A stretch of DNA of 64,000 nucleotides from Actinomycetes bacterium (GTDB lineage: Bacteria; Actinomycetota; CALGFH01). The DNA lies in NCBI GenBank assembly GCA_036000965.1, contig DASYUT010000164.1, forward strand, positions 1,932 through 65,931, in the 5' to 3' direction. How positions within the stretch are numbered: position 1 is the first letter of the stretch; the number at the start of each line of letters is the position of its first letter. The notes under the pieces are model-generated. The model was not told the DNA's origin. It saw only the letters and a list, made by a program, of their open reading frames with translations, and ran no database searches. A program made the translations under genes and the position numbers. Positions 47,810 through 57,533 of this stretch are shown one piece after another.

Positions 47810-48172
47810 GAGCGTCCGCACAAGATCTGGGTGCTGGATGGCGATCGCCAAGGCGATGCCGGCTCCCAGGCTATAGCCGAAGAGGTCAGCCTCGTCGATC
47901 CCTTGCTGCCGCAGCAGGGCGGCGGTGTCGTCGGCCATCTGCTGGATGGTCAACGGGCGGTCGATGTCGGCGGTGTGCCCGTGTGCCTGCTGTTCGACGG
48001 CGATGACCTGCCGGGTCTTGGCAAGGTCCGGCAGCAGCTTGCCGAACGAAGTCTCGATGGCCGACAACGAGCCGTGCAGCAGCACCAGCGGCCGGCCGCT
48101 GCCGTGGATCTCGTAGTACATCTTGAGTCCGTTCACCGAAGCGTATCCGGGCTGAGGGACAGTGTTGGCCAT
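47810..48172 (-). pseudogene. Alpha/beta-hydrolase N-terminal fragment (truncated after the nucleophile elbow)
   Basis: [119 protein letters not shown]. The frame then decays into the antisense of the methyltransferase gene. Confidence 0.5.
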
Positions 48173-48202
48173 GTCGGTTCCTTCCGAAGTCTGGGTCGTC
48201 TA

Positions 48203-49093
48203 ATGGGCTGCCACGGGCTGCAGTCGCCGGCGGCGGTCGGGGTCTGGGCCACCGCCAACTTCCTGGCCCTGCCGCTCGGGCCGATCCTGGGCGGCTGGCT
48301 GCTCACCAACTACTGGTGGGGCTGGGCGTTCCTCATCAACGTGCCCGTGGTCCTGGTCGGGCTGCTCGCCGTCATCGTGCTGCTGCCGGAATCCCGCAGC
48401 GCCACCCGCGCCGGGCTGGACCCGGTCGGGGTGCTGTCCTCCAGCGCCGGCCTGACGGTGCTGGTCTACGGCGTGATCGAGGCGGGCCAGCACGGCTGGG
48501 GCGACACCATGGCGCTGACCGCCATGATCGCCGGGACGCTGCTCCTGGTCGGGTTCGTGGCCTGGGAGCGCCGGCTCGGCCGGCGTCCGGCCGGGCAGCC
48601 GCTGGTCGACCTGGGCCTGTTCCGCTCCACCAGCTTCACCTGGGGCACGATCCTGGCGGCGGTCGGGATCTTCGCGCTGTTCGGCGTGCTGTTCACCGCA
48701 CCGCAGTACTTCCAGGCCGTCCTGGGGACCGACGCCATGGGCAGCGGCCTGCGGCTGCTCCCGCTGATAGGCGGCGATCCTGGGCAGCGTGCTCAACGCC
48801 ACCTACAGGGGCAGCTGCACCTGGCCGGCGTGCCAGCGCGAGTCGCCGACGCGGTGCGAGACAGCGTCTTCGCCGGGGTCGCGGCCGCCCAGCAACTCGG
48901 CTCGGTGTCGCTGCTGCACTCGGTGCGCACCGCCTTCGTGGACGGCATGGATGTCATGCTGTGGGTGTGCGCCGGCATCGCGGTGGCAGGCATCGTCCTC
49001 GCGCTGGTCTTCCTGCCCGGGCGGGCCGCCGCAGCAGCGGCAACGCAGGCCGAGCCAGCAGCATTGGAGGATGAGGCCGTTGTCCGAGGATGA
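48203..49093 (+). pseudogene. MFS (DHA2/EmrB-QacA-like) transporter remnant: N-terminally truncated with a local double frameshift
   Basis: …[52 protein letters not shown]…[14 protein letters not shown]…[52 protein letters not shown], then a brief frame slip ([11 protein letters not shown] in frame +1 at ~48775-48810) before returning to …[51 protein letters not shown]. There are no TM1-4. Confidence 0.5.
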
Positions 49094-49682
49094 TCGACCA
49101 GCGGTCGGGTTGCGCGAACGCAAGAAGGCCAAGACCCGGGCCGCGATCCAGCAGCACGCGCTGCGGCTGTTCCGCGAGCAGGGCTACCAGGCCACTACCG
49201 TCGAGCAGATCGCCGAGGCAGCCGAGGTCTCACCCAGCACGTTCTTCCGCTACTTCCCGACCAAGGAGGACGTCGTGCTGTACGACGCCCTCGACCCGGC
49301 GCTCCTCGAGGCGTTCCGGGCACAGCCGGCCGAGCTGAGCCCGATCCAGGCCCTGCGGGGAGCGATGCAGGCGGTGTTCGCCGAGCTGCCCCCCGAGGAG
49401 GTGGGGGTGCAGCGGGAACGCGACGCGCTGATCCGCTCGGTGCCCGAGCTGCGCGCCAGGATGGTGGACGAGTTCGCCCGCAACCTCCAACTGATCGCCG
49501 AGGTCGTGGCCGAGCGGGTCGGGCGTGCTGCGGACGAGCCGGCCGTGCGCACCCTGGCCGGCGCGGTGATCGGCGTGGGGATCAGCGCGTGGTACACGGC
49601 GGGGGACCATGCGACGACCGAAGACTACCTCGCGCTCATGGACGCCGGCCTGGTCCATCTGGAGGCGGGCCTTCCGCTGTGA
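49071..49682 (+). CDS. TetR/AcrR-family transcriptional regulator
   Basis: …[58 protein letters not shown] is the TetR HTH, with a helical ligand domain following. ATG right after GGAGG; a TTG 9 nt downstream is an alternative start. Overlaps the 3' end of the MFS remnant. Confidence 0.75.
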   Translation: MRPLSEDDRPAVGLRERKKAKTRAAIQQHALRLFREQGYQATTVEQIAEAAEVSPSTFFRYFPTKEDVVLYDALDPALLEAFRAQPAELSPIQALRGAMQAVFAELPPEEVGVQRERDALIRSVPELRARMVDEFARNLQLIAEVVAERVGRAADEPAVRTLAGAVIGVGISAWYTAGDHATTEDYLALMDAGLVHLEAGLPL

Positions 49683-49783
49683 CCTGACGGGGCGGCCGCG
49701 TCGACTCAAGGCGCCCAGGGTGACGGGTTGGCCAGCCGCCCTAGCGGGGGAGGTCGGCGGTGTCCGAGCCGGCAGCCGGCGGG

Positions 49784-50230
49784 TCAGGCCTCGGGGCGGG
49801 GCAGCTCGGGCAGGTTGCCAAGGTCGAGGGCCTTGAGCAGGCTGGCGGGCCGGAAGTCCTCTGCCAGCAGCTCCTCGGGCCGGCGCCAGGCGATCTCCAC
49901 CAGGTGCCGGTCGCGCGCCGTGTGCCGCTCAGGCTCGACCGTGAGGACGCCGTCGTGGCCGGCGGCCAGCCAGCCCGCGAACACCACCTCGAACCGGTGG
50001 CGCTGGGGCAGGTCCTGGAGCCAGACCACGCCGGCCAGGCCGACGGGCAGGCCAGTCTCCTCCTGCAGCTCCCGCCGAGCGGTGTCCTCGAGCCGCTCTC
50101 CCGCCTCCGCCTTGCCGCCGGGCAGGCACCAGAACTCGTCCCCGTCGGGGTGGCGGTGGTGCGCGGCCAGCACCTTGCCGTCGTGGACGACGAGGACGCG
50201 GGCGACCAGCTGATCGCAGCGCTTGGCCAT
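49784..50230 (-). CDS. NUDIX hydrolase
   Basis: Nudix box …GGKAEAGERLEDTARRELQEETGL… (GX5EX7REUXEEXGU). Confidence 0.8.
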   Translation of the reverse strand: MAKRCDQLVARVLVVHDGKVLAAHHRHPDGDEFWCLPGGKAEAGERLEDTARRELQEETGLPVGLAGVVWLQDLPQRHRFEVVFAGWLAAGHDGVLTVEPERHTARDRHLVEIAWRRPEELLAEDFRPASLLKALDLGNLPELPRPEA

Positions 50231-50234
50231 GGGC

Positions 50235-51119
50235 TCAGCCCTCGAACGGGTTGGGGCCGTAGGGCCAGGAGGCGGACGTCGGGTGGCTCGGGCCGCCTGG
50301 GCGCAGCAGCCCGGCGGCCCGGAACCGCCAGGCGTGGTCGGTCGGGCCGATGCCCTTGCCGAGCGGGAAGCCGCCAGCGATCGCGCCGTTCAGGTAGCGC
50401 TTGGCCGCGCTGGTGGCGGTGGCCACGTCCAGGCCCACGGCGAGGTTGGCCGCGATGGCCGACGCGAGCGTGCAGCCCGTGCCGTGGGTGTGGGGCGTGG
50501 CCAGGCGCGGCGCCGTGAGCCAGGTCGCCTCCCGGCCGTCCCAGAGCAGGTCGGCCGCCTCGTCCCCGCGGAGGTGGCCGCCCTTGACCAGCACCCAGCG
50601 GGGGCCGAGGTCGTGCAGGGCGGCGGCCGCCTCCTGCATGCCCGCCCGGTCCCGGGCCTCGATCCCGGTGAGCAGCCGGGCCTCGCCCAGGTTGGGGGTG
50701 ATGATGGTCGCCAGCGGGACCAGGCGGTCCCGGATCGCCTCGACCGCCTTGGGGCGGAGCAGCGGGTCGCCGTGCTTGGACACGGCCACCGGGTCCACCA
50801 CCAGGTTCCCGACCGAGAACCGCTCGCAGGCGTCGGCGACCGCCTCGATGATTGCCGCCGACGCCAGCATGCCGGTCTTGGCCGCGTCCACGCCGATGTC
50901 GGTCGCCACCGACTCGATCTGCTCGAACACCGCGCGCGGCTCGAGCTCGTAGAACCCCTGCACCCCGACCGAGTTCTGCACGGTCACGGCGGTGACCGCC
51001 GACATGCCGTGCACCCCGTGGGCCAGGAAGGTCTTGAGGTCGGCCTGGATCCCGGCCCCCCCGCCGGAGTCCGAGCCGGCGATCGTGAGCGCCCGCGCCG
51101 GCACTGGCAACCCGTACAC
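50235..51119 (-). CDS. thiD: Hydroxymethylpyrimidine/phosphomethylpyrimidine kinase
   Basis: …[22 protein letters not shown]…VVDPV…TPNLGEA…VLVKGGHL…[13 protein letters not shown]…. Confidence 0.85.
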   Translation of the reverse strand: MYGLPVPARALTIAGSDSGGGAGIQADLKTFLAHGVHGMSAVTAVTVQNSVGVQGFYELEPRAVFEQIESVATDIGVDAAKTGMLASAAIIEAVADACERFSVGNLVVDPVAVSKHGDPLLRPKAVEAIRDRLVPLATIITPNLGEARLLTGIEARDRAGMQEAAAALHDLGPRWVLVKGGHLRGDEAADLLWDGREATWLTAPRLATPHTHGTGCTLASAIAANLAVGLDVATATSAAKRYLNGAIAGGFPLGKGIGPTDHAWRFRAAGLLRPGGPSHPTSASWPYGPNPFEG

Positions 51120-51197
51120 CTCTTCCGTCGCCGTGGGCCCGGCCGTCCCGGCCCCGCTCGGCGCTCAGGGTACCCCCAGTGGTCGCCTCCGGCGTCC

Positions 51198-52694
51198 TCA
51201 GCGCCTCCCGTGCCGCAGCCGCATGGACCGCTTCAGGACCGGGACCAGCCACTCGGGCCGGTCGAAGCTGAGCATCGCGAACGGCAGCGGGAAGCGCTGG
51301 CGGGTGATGGCCTTGGAGCGGGTGAACTCGCGCAGCCCGTCGGGACCGTGGGTGCGCCCGAAGCCGGACTCCCCCACCCAGCCGAAGGGCAGCGAGGGCA
51401 CGCCGATGAACGAGAGCACGGAGTTCACGCTGGTCGCCCCGGCCCGGACCGACCGGGCGAGGGCCTTGGCCCGCTTGCGGCCGAAGACGCTCGAGGCCAG
51501 GCCGTAGGGGTTGGCGTTGGCCTGCTCGACCGCCTCGGCGGCACTGGCGACCCGGGTGACCGGCAGCAGCGGGCCGAACGTCTCCTCGCGCATGAGCAGC
51601 GCGTCGTCGGGCACGTCGACCAGCACGACCGGGTCGACGAAGGGCGGGCGCACCGACTCCGGCCCGCCGACCAGCGCCCGGGCGCCGCGGGCGAGCGCGT
51701 CGTCGAGGTGGCGCCGGATGGTCTCCACCTGCGCCGGCAGGGTGATCGGGCCGATGTGGGCGTCGGCGTCCGCGCCCGCGCGGACGCGGCGGGCGCGCTC
51801 CACGACCTCGGCCACGAAGCGGTCGTAGACGGGCGCGGTCGCGTAGACGCGCTCCACCCCGACGCAGGTCTGGCCCGCGTTGGACAGCCCGCCCCACACG
51901 GCCGCGTCGGCGGCGGCGGCCACGTCGGCGTCGTCGTCCACGATCATCACGTCCTTGCCGCCGAGCTCCAGGACCACCGGGGTCAGCCGCTCGGCGCAGA
52001 CCGCCATCACCTTGCGCCCGGTGCCCGGCGAGCCGGTGAACGCGAGCTTGTCAACGCCCGACCGGCACAGCGCCTCGCCGGTGGGCCCGAAGCCGGTGAC
52101 GAGCTGGAGCACCGGCTGCTCGGGGACGGCCTCGGCGAACGCGTCCACCAGCCAGCGGCCCACCGCCGGGGTCAGCTCGCTCGGCTTGTACACCACGGCG
52201 TTGCCGGCCGCGAGCGCGTACACGACCGACCCCATCGGGGTCAACACCGGGTAGTTCCAGGGCCCGATGACACCGACCACGCCGACCGGCGGGTACTCCA
52301 CCGAGGCGGCCTGGTTGGCCAGCAGCAGGGTGCCCGGGACCCGCCGGGGCTTGAGCACCTTGGCCGCCTTGCGGGCGGCCCAGTCGAGGTGCTCGACGGT
52401 GACCAGGACCTCGACGAAGGCGTCGTCCAGGGGCTTGCCGTTCTCCCGCCGCACCAGCTCGCACAGCTCGTCGGCGCGCCTGGCGAGCTGGCGCTTGAAG
52501 GCGAGCAGCCGCTTCTCCCGGCCGTCGAAGCCGAGCCCGGCCCACCAGGCCGCGGCCTGCCGGGCCCGCGCGACCGCGGCCGCGACCGCCTCGGGCCCGT
52601 CGACCGCGAAGGTGCCGACCTCCTCGCCCGTGACCGGGTTGGTGGAGGTGAAGCTGGCGGCGGCGGGCGGGGCGGTGTCCTGGGTGACGGCCAT
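51198..52694 (-). CDS. Aldehyde dehydrogenase family protein
   Basis: Start [10 protein letters not shown]…; ALDH motifs …[10 protein letters not shown]…, …[12 protein letters not shown]…, …[11 protein letters not shown]…, …[11 protein letters not shown]…, …[10 protein letters not shown]…. Confidence 0.85.
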   Translation of the reverse strand: MAVTQDTAPPAAASFTSTNPVTGEEVGTFAVDGPEAVAAAVARARQAAAWWAGLGFDGREKRLLAFKRQLARRADELCELVRRENGKPLDDAFVEVLVTVEHLDWAARKAAKVLKPRRVPGTLLLANQAASVEYPPVGVVGVIGPWNYPVLTPMGSVVYALAAGNAVVYKPSELTPAVGRWLVDAFAEAVPEQPVLQLVTGFGPTGEALCRSGVDKLAFTGSPGTGRKVMAVCAERLTPVVLELGGKDVMIVDDDADVAAAADAAVWGGLSNAGQTCVGVERVYATAPVYDRFVAEVVERARRVRAGADADAHIGPITLPAQVETIRRHLDDALARGARALVGGPESVRPPFVDPVVLVDVPDDALLMREETFGPLLPVTRVASAAEAVEQANANPYGLASSVFGRKRAKALARSVRAGATSVNSVLSFIGVPSLPFGWVGESGFGRTHGPDGLREFTRSKAITRQRFPLPFAMLSFDRPEWLVPVLKRSMRLRHGRR

Positions 52695-52951
52695 CGGCGG
52701 CCTCCGGCTCGTGGGCCGGCGCGGCGGCCGGCGCGCGTGGGGTGGGACGGGTCTCCGAACCCACAGCAAACGGTCACATCGGGCCGGCCGCCCGTCAACC
52801 ACCGGGTACGCCGGCCGGGCTGAGCGGGTGACCAGGAGTCTCGCCTACAACTCCGCGAGTCCTTCCTGGTCGCCGCCTCGAGTTACGTGCAGGACTTCTG
52901 AGCTGCTGCTCAGCCCAATGCCAGGTACCTGTCCAAGCCCGTGGCCTGGGG

Positions 52952-54388
52952 CTACATCTCGACTTCTCGGCCGTCCTCCGGCCAGAGGGTGTGGAAGGTG
53001 CCGGGCCGGTCGATGCGCCGATAGGTGTGGGCGCCGAAGTAGTCGCGCAGGCCCTGGACGAGGTTGGCGGGCAGGCGCTCGCGCCGGTAGCCGTCGTAGT
53101 AGGCGAGCGAGGAGGCGAAGGAGGGCACCGGCACGCCCAGCTCGACCGCGGTGCGCACCACCTGCCGCCACGCCTCCTGGGCGCCGGCGGCCGCGTCGCG
53201 GAAGTACTCGGCGAGCAGCAGGTTGCGCAGGGCCGGGTCGGCCCGGAAGGCGTCGGCGATGCGGTTCAGGAAGCGGGCCCGGATGATGCAGCCGCCGCGC
53301 CAGATGGTGGCCATGGCGCCCAGGTCCACGCCCCATCCGTACTCCTGGCTCGCAACCGCCATCTGCTCGAACCCCTGCGCGTAGGAGACCACCTTGGAGG
53401 CGTAGAGGGCGTCGCGCACGTCGTCGACGAGCCGGTCGGCCAGCTCCGGCCGAGCCCCGCTGGCCGGTCCGGACAGCACCTTGGAGGCGGCGACGCGCTC
53501 GTCCTTGCGGGCCGAGAGCATGCGGGCGAACACCGCCTCGGTGATGCCGGTGATGGGCACGCCCAGATCCAGGGCGGACCGCACCGTCCAGCGCCCGGTG
53601 CCCTTCTGCTCGGCCTCGTCGAGGATCACGTCGACCAGCGGCCGGCCGGTGGCCGCGTCGACCTGCCGCAGCACCCTGGCGGTGCTCTCGATCAGGAACG
53701 ACTCCAGGTCGCCCCGGTTCCAGTCGTCGAAGACCTCGGCCAGCTCGGCCGCGCCCAGCCCGAGGGCCTGACCGAGCAGGTCGTAGGACTCGGCGATGAG
53801 CTGCATGTCGGCGTACTCGATGCCGTTGTGCACCATCTTCACGTAGTGCCCGGCCCCGTCGGGGCCGACGTAGGTGCAGCACGGGACGTCGTCGACCTTG
53901 GCCGCGATCGTGGTGAACACGTGCTCGACCGTCGCGTAGCCCTCGCGGGAGCCGCCCGGCATGATGCTCGGGCCGTTGAGGGCGCCCTCCTCGCCCCCGG
54001 AGATGCCGGTGCCGAGGAAGTGCAGGCCCTGCTCGCGGAGCGCCTGCTCGCGCCTGCGGGTGTCCTCGAACCAGGAGTTGCCCCCGTCGATCAGCACGTC
54101 GCCCGGGTCCAGGTGCGGGACGAGCTGGTCGATGACCGCGTCCACGGCCGGCCCGGCCTTGACCATGATGAGGATGCGGCGCGGCTTGGCCAGCAGGCTG
54201 ACCAGCTCCTCGACGGTGGCCGCGCCCATCAGCGGCCCCTCGTGGCCGTGACGGGCGAGCAGCTCCTCGGTACGGGCGGTGGTGCGGTTGTGGACCGCGA
54301 TCGGGATCCCGTGCCTGGCCACGTTGCGGGCGAGGTTCTGGCCCATGACCGCAAGCCCCGTGAGGCCAAGCTCAGCATTGCCAGCCAT
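52952..54388 (-). CDS. gnd: 6-phosphogluconate dehydrogenase (decarboxylating)
   Basis: MAGNAELGLTGLAVMGQNLARNVARHG… (Rossmann fold), …DGGNSWFEDT…, …ISGGEEGALNGPSIMPGG…, …GHYVKMVHNGIEYADMQLIAE…. Confidence 0.9.
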   Translation of the reverse strand: MAGNAELGLTGLAVMGQNLARNVARHGIPIAVHNRTTARTEELLARHGHEGPLMGAATVEELVSLLAKPRRILIMVKAGPAVDAVIDQLVPHLDPGDVLIDGGNSWFEDTRRREQALREQGLHFLGTGISGGEEGALNGPSIMPGGSREGYATVEHVFTTIAAKVDDVPCCTYVGPDGAGHYVKMVHNGIEYADMQLIAESYDLLGQALGLGAAELAEVFDDWNRGDLESFLIESTARVLRQVDAATGRPLVDVILDEAEQKGTGRWTVRSALDLGVPITGITEAVFARMLSARKDERVAASKVLSGPASGARPELADRLVDDVRDALYASKVVSYAQGFEQMAVASQEYGWGVDLGAMATIWRGGCIIRARFLNRIADAFRADPALRNLLLAEYFRDAAAGAQEAWRQVVRTAVELGVPVPSFASSLAYYDGYRRERLPANLVQGLRDYFGAHTYRRIDRPGTFHTLWPEDGREVEM

Positions 54389-54508
54389 GGATCGCGCCTC
54401 CCTGGTGCGACGGGTTCCGACCCCCAAGCCGTCCGGCTCCGGGTGCTCCGGCCAAGATGGTAGAACCTGCTACCCCGGTAGGACAGTTCAGGAGCAGAAG
54501 GAGGCGGC

Positions 54509-55483
54509 GTGAGAGCGGTGGTGTTCACCGGCGCGGGCGGCCCGGAAGTCGTCGAGCTGCAGGAGCGCCCCGACCCCGAGCCAGGCACCGAGGACGTGCT
54601 CGTGGCGGTGAGGTACGCGGGCCTCAACCCGGCCGACAGCCAGCAGCGCCAGGGGCGCTACCCGGCCCCACCCGGCGCCCCGCCCGACGTCCCCGGGCTC
54701 GAGGTGGCCGGGACGGTGCTTGCCTGCGGCTCCCGGGTGACCGCCTGGCGGCCCGGGGACCGGGTCTTCGGGCTGGTCGGCGGGGGCGGGCTCGCCGACC
54801 GGGTGGCCGTGCACGAGCGCTGCGTGACCCGCGTGCCCGACACGCTCTCCGAGCGCGACGCCGCCGCCGTGCCCGAGGCGTTCATCACCGCCCACGACGC
54901 CGCCTTCACCCAGGCCGGCCTGCGCATGGGCGAGACCGTGCTCGTCCATGGGGCCGCGGGTGGCGTGGGGACTGCCGCCGTCCAGCTCGCGGCCGCGGCC
55001 GGTGCCCGGCCGCTCGCCGTGGTCCGCTCCGACGAGGCCGCCGAGGCCGTGTCGGCCCTGGGCGCCGAGGTCGTCCGCGAGGACGCCTTCCCGGGCGCGG
55101 TGGTCGACGCGACCGGTGGCGCCGGCGCCGACGTGATCCTCGAGCTGGTCGGCGCGCCCCACTTCCCGGCCAACCTGGAGGCGCTGGCCCCCAAGGGGTG
55201 CGTGGTCGTGGTGAGCGTGGCGGCCGGCAGCGACGCCACGGTGCCGCTGCATGCGCTGATGCAGCGGCGCGCGGCCGTGCGCGGGACCGTGCTGCGGGCC
55301 CGGCCGCTCGAGGAGAAGGCGACCGCCGTACGCGCGTTCGAGCACGAGGTCGTGCCCCAGCTCGCGGCCGGGCGGGTCCAGCCGATCATCGACTCGGAGT
55401 TCCCCGCCGACCAGGCGGCCGCCGCCTTCGAGCGCCTCGACGGCCGCGGCAAGTTCGGCAAGGTCCTGCTGGCGTTCGGGTAG
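54509..55483 (+). CDS. NAD(P)H:quinone oxidoreductase / zinc-independent MDR-family oxidoreductase
   Basis: …VRYAGLNPADSQQRQGRYP…, nucleotide-binding …VLVHGAAGGVGTAAVQLAAAAGA…; 324 aa. Confidence 0.85.
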   Translation: MRAVVFTGAGGPEVVELQERPDPEPGTEDVLVAVRYAGLNPADSQQRQGRYPAPPGAPPDVPGLEVAGTVLACGSRVTAWRPGDRVFGLVGGGGLADRVAVHERCVTRVPDTLSERDAAAVPEAFITAHDAAFTQAGLRMGETVLVHGAAGGVGTAAVQLAAAAGARPLAVVRSDEAAEAVSALGAEVVREDAFPGAVVDATGGAGADVILELVGAPHFPANLEALAPKGCVVVVSVAAGSDATVPLHALMQRRAAVRGTVLRARPLEEKATAVRAFEHEVVPQLAAGRVQPIIDSEFPADQAAAAFERLDGRGKFGKVLLAFG

Positions 55484-55583
55484 CGGCTCGAACGATGGAC
55501 GGCTTGAGTCCGCCGACGTAGATTGGCGGGGTCCGCGACGACCCCGTACGCGGGCGACCCGCACGCGGACGAGGGGAGCGTCG

Positions 55584-56204
55584 ATGAGCTCACGGCGCCG
55601 GTTCGGCTTCGTGCTCGCCACCCTGCTCGCCTTCGCACTCGTGGCCGGCTGGGTCACGAGCTGGGCGCCCGGCCCAGCCTCTCCCAGCGTCAAGGACCTG
55701 CCCTCGGTGACGCGCTCGCCGGGCGAGACCAGCCCACCCGCGGTCGCCCTGGCCGACCTCCAGGGGGTCGAGGACCTCCGGGCGCGGTTCAACGCCGACC
55801 AGGGCGTCCCGCGGCTGCTGCTGCTGCTCTCCCCCACCTGACCCGAGTGCCGCGCGGGCGCCGGTTCGGTGCAGGTGATCCTCGAGCAGCATCCCACCGC
55901 CAGGCTGCGGGTGTACGCGGTCTGGACCAGCCGTCTGCCCGCCGACGAGCGGTCGCAGTGGGACGGGGCCGGCCTCACCGACCCCAGGGTCGTCCACCTG
56001 TGGGACGAGCGGGACGCGGTCGGCAAGTGGGCGACCGGGCCACTCCCCGGCTACGACGGCCCAGACTGGGACTTCTACCTGCTGTTCGGTCCCGACGCCT
56101 CCTGGGGGACGGCACCGCCACCCCCCGACGACTCCGGCTGGAGCGTGGTCAGGGCCCGCGACGACCTGGACAGCACCCTCACCCGCCTGCTCCGCGGCGG
56201 GTAG
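55584..56204 (+). CDS. TlpA-like thioredoxin-fold protein with an in-frame TGA at the first position of its CxxC motif (candidate selenoprotein, or nonsense pseudogene)
   Basis: ORFs 55584..55841 and 55869..56204 are in the same frame, separated only by TGA at 55839-55841. Read-through gives MSSRRRFGFVLATLLAFALVAGW(TM)…LADLQGVEDLRARFNADQGVPRLLLLLSPT-[TGA]-PECRAGAGSVQVILEQH…RVVHLWDERDAVGKWATGPLPGYDGPDWDFYLLFGPDASW…, matching the TlpA/ResA pattern (…GKPVLLNFWASWCGPCR… …P.TFLID.DG…). Confidence 0.5.
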
Positions 56205-56382
56205 ACCACCCGGACAGCACCCTCCCCGCCTGCTCCCGGGGTAGACGACCTGGAGGGCCTCACCGCTGTTCCGCGGCGGGTAGACCACCTGGAGGGCCCT
56301 CACCGCTGCTCCGCGGCGGGTAGACCACCTGGAGGGCCCTCACCGCTGCTCCGCGCGGCGGGTGGGAGCTCCTCCGGCAGGG

Positions 56383-57432
56383 TCAGGACCGGAAGTGGTC
56401 GTAGGCGAGGCCGGCCAGGGGGAGGGCGGCGCCGGCGCCGGTGAGGCGCACGCGGCGGTCGGGGCGGCCCGTGAAGGTGCCGCAGTCGATCACCCCGCCC
56501 ACGTCGGCGGTGCGGGGCAGGGCGGCGGCGAGGGCGAAGTCCTCGCCGCCGCCCAGGGCGAGCTCGACCGGGTCGCGGCCGAGCAGGCCCGCGGCCTCGG
56601 CCACCCCGGCGGCGAGCGGCACGGCCGCGTCGTGGACCTCGACACCCGTGCCGGACGCGGCGGCGAGGTGGAGCACGTCGCCGGCGAGCCCGTCGGACAC
56701 GTCGAGCATGGCGGTGGCGCCGCCGGCGGCCAGGCGCAGCCCCATGGCAAGCTGCGGCCGGGGCCGGCGGTGGGCGGCAGCCAGGTGGGGATGGCGCGCG
56801 AGCAGCTCCCCCGCCGCCTCGCGGGCATCCGGGCCCAGCGCCCGGCCACCCGGAGCGAGTGGGCCGCCGGGCCCGCGGGCACCCGGAGCCGGCAGGTCGT
56901 CCAGCCCGCGGGCGAGCCGGAGCAGGGCCAGGCCGGCGGCGGCCGCGCCCAGGGGTCCGGTGACGGCCAGCCGGTCGCCGGGGCGGGCGCCGGACCGGGT
57001 GACGACCCGCCCGGCCTCGCCGACGACGGTGACCGCCAGCGACAGGACCGGCCCCCCCGAGGTGTCGCCGCCGACCAGGGCGACCCCGTACTCCTGGCAG
57101 GCCTCGCGCAGGCCCGCGTAGACCCGTTCGAGGGTGGCCACGGACGCGGCCGGCGGCACGGTCAGGGCCACCAGCAGCCAGCGCGGCTCGGCGCCCATCG
57201 CGGCGACGTCCGACAGGTTGACCGCGACCGCCTTCCAGCCCCAGTCCTCCGGGGCGGACAGCGCGGCGTCGAAGTGGCGGCCCTCGACCACCACGTCGGT
57301 GGTGACCACCAGCCGCCGGCCCGGGGTGGGGACGAGCACGGCGGCGTCGTCGCCCACGCCGACCTCGACCCCCGGGCCGGGAACCGCCCCGGCGGTCAGC
57401 CGCTCGATGAGCCCGAACTCGCCGAGCGCCAC
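56383..57432 (-). CDS. thiL: Thiamine-monophosphate kinase
   Basis: GTG start (…[32 protein letters not shown]…[12 protein letters not shown]…[14 protein letters not shown]…VGGDTS…); 349 aa. The first ~360 aa of the 710-aa ORF in the track are out-of-frame overlap with pckA. Confidence 0.8.
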   Translation of the reverse strand: MALGEFGLIERLTAGAVPGPGVEVGVGDDAAVLVPTPGRRLVVTTDVVVEGRHFDAALSAPEDWGWKAVAVNLSDVAAMGAEPRWLLVALTVPPAASVATLERVYAGLREACQEYGVALVGGDTSGGPVLSLAVTVVGEAGRVVTRSGARPGDRLAVTGPLGAAAAGLALLRLARGLDDLPAPGARGPGGPLAPGGRALGPDAREAAGELLARHPHLAAAHRRPRPQLAMGLRLAAGGATAMLDVSDGLAGDVLHLAAASGTGVEVHDAAVPLAAGVAEAAGLLGRDPVELALGGGEDFALAAALPRTADVGGVIDCGTFTGRPDRRVRLTGAGAALPLAGLAYDHFRS

Positions 57433-57533
57433 CAGGCCAGGCTCGCCGAGCGCCACCAGGCCAGGCTCGGTGGGGTCGGTCCCGGACGGCGCAGGGGGCC
57501 CTGGTCCGGGCCCGCCTGGCGCGCCGCCTGCAG

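Noticed and set aside
54386-54430. Apparent 1-nt disagreement between my hand-indexing of the gnd start region (run of C at ~54420-54425) and the frame implied by the ORF track
   Set aside because: Most likely my own counting error in a homopolymer, and not a frameshift. The ORF-track translation of gnd is continuous and full-length, so I kept the track coordinates.
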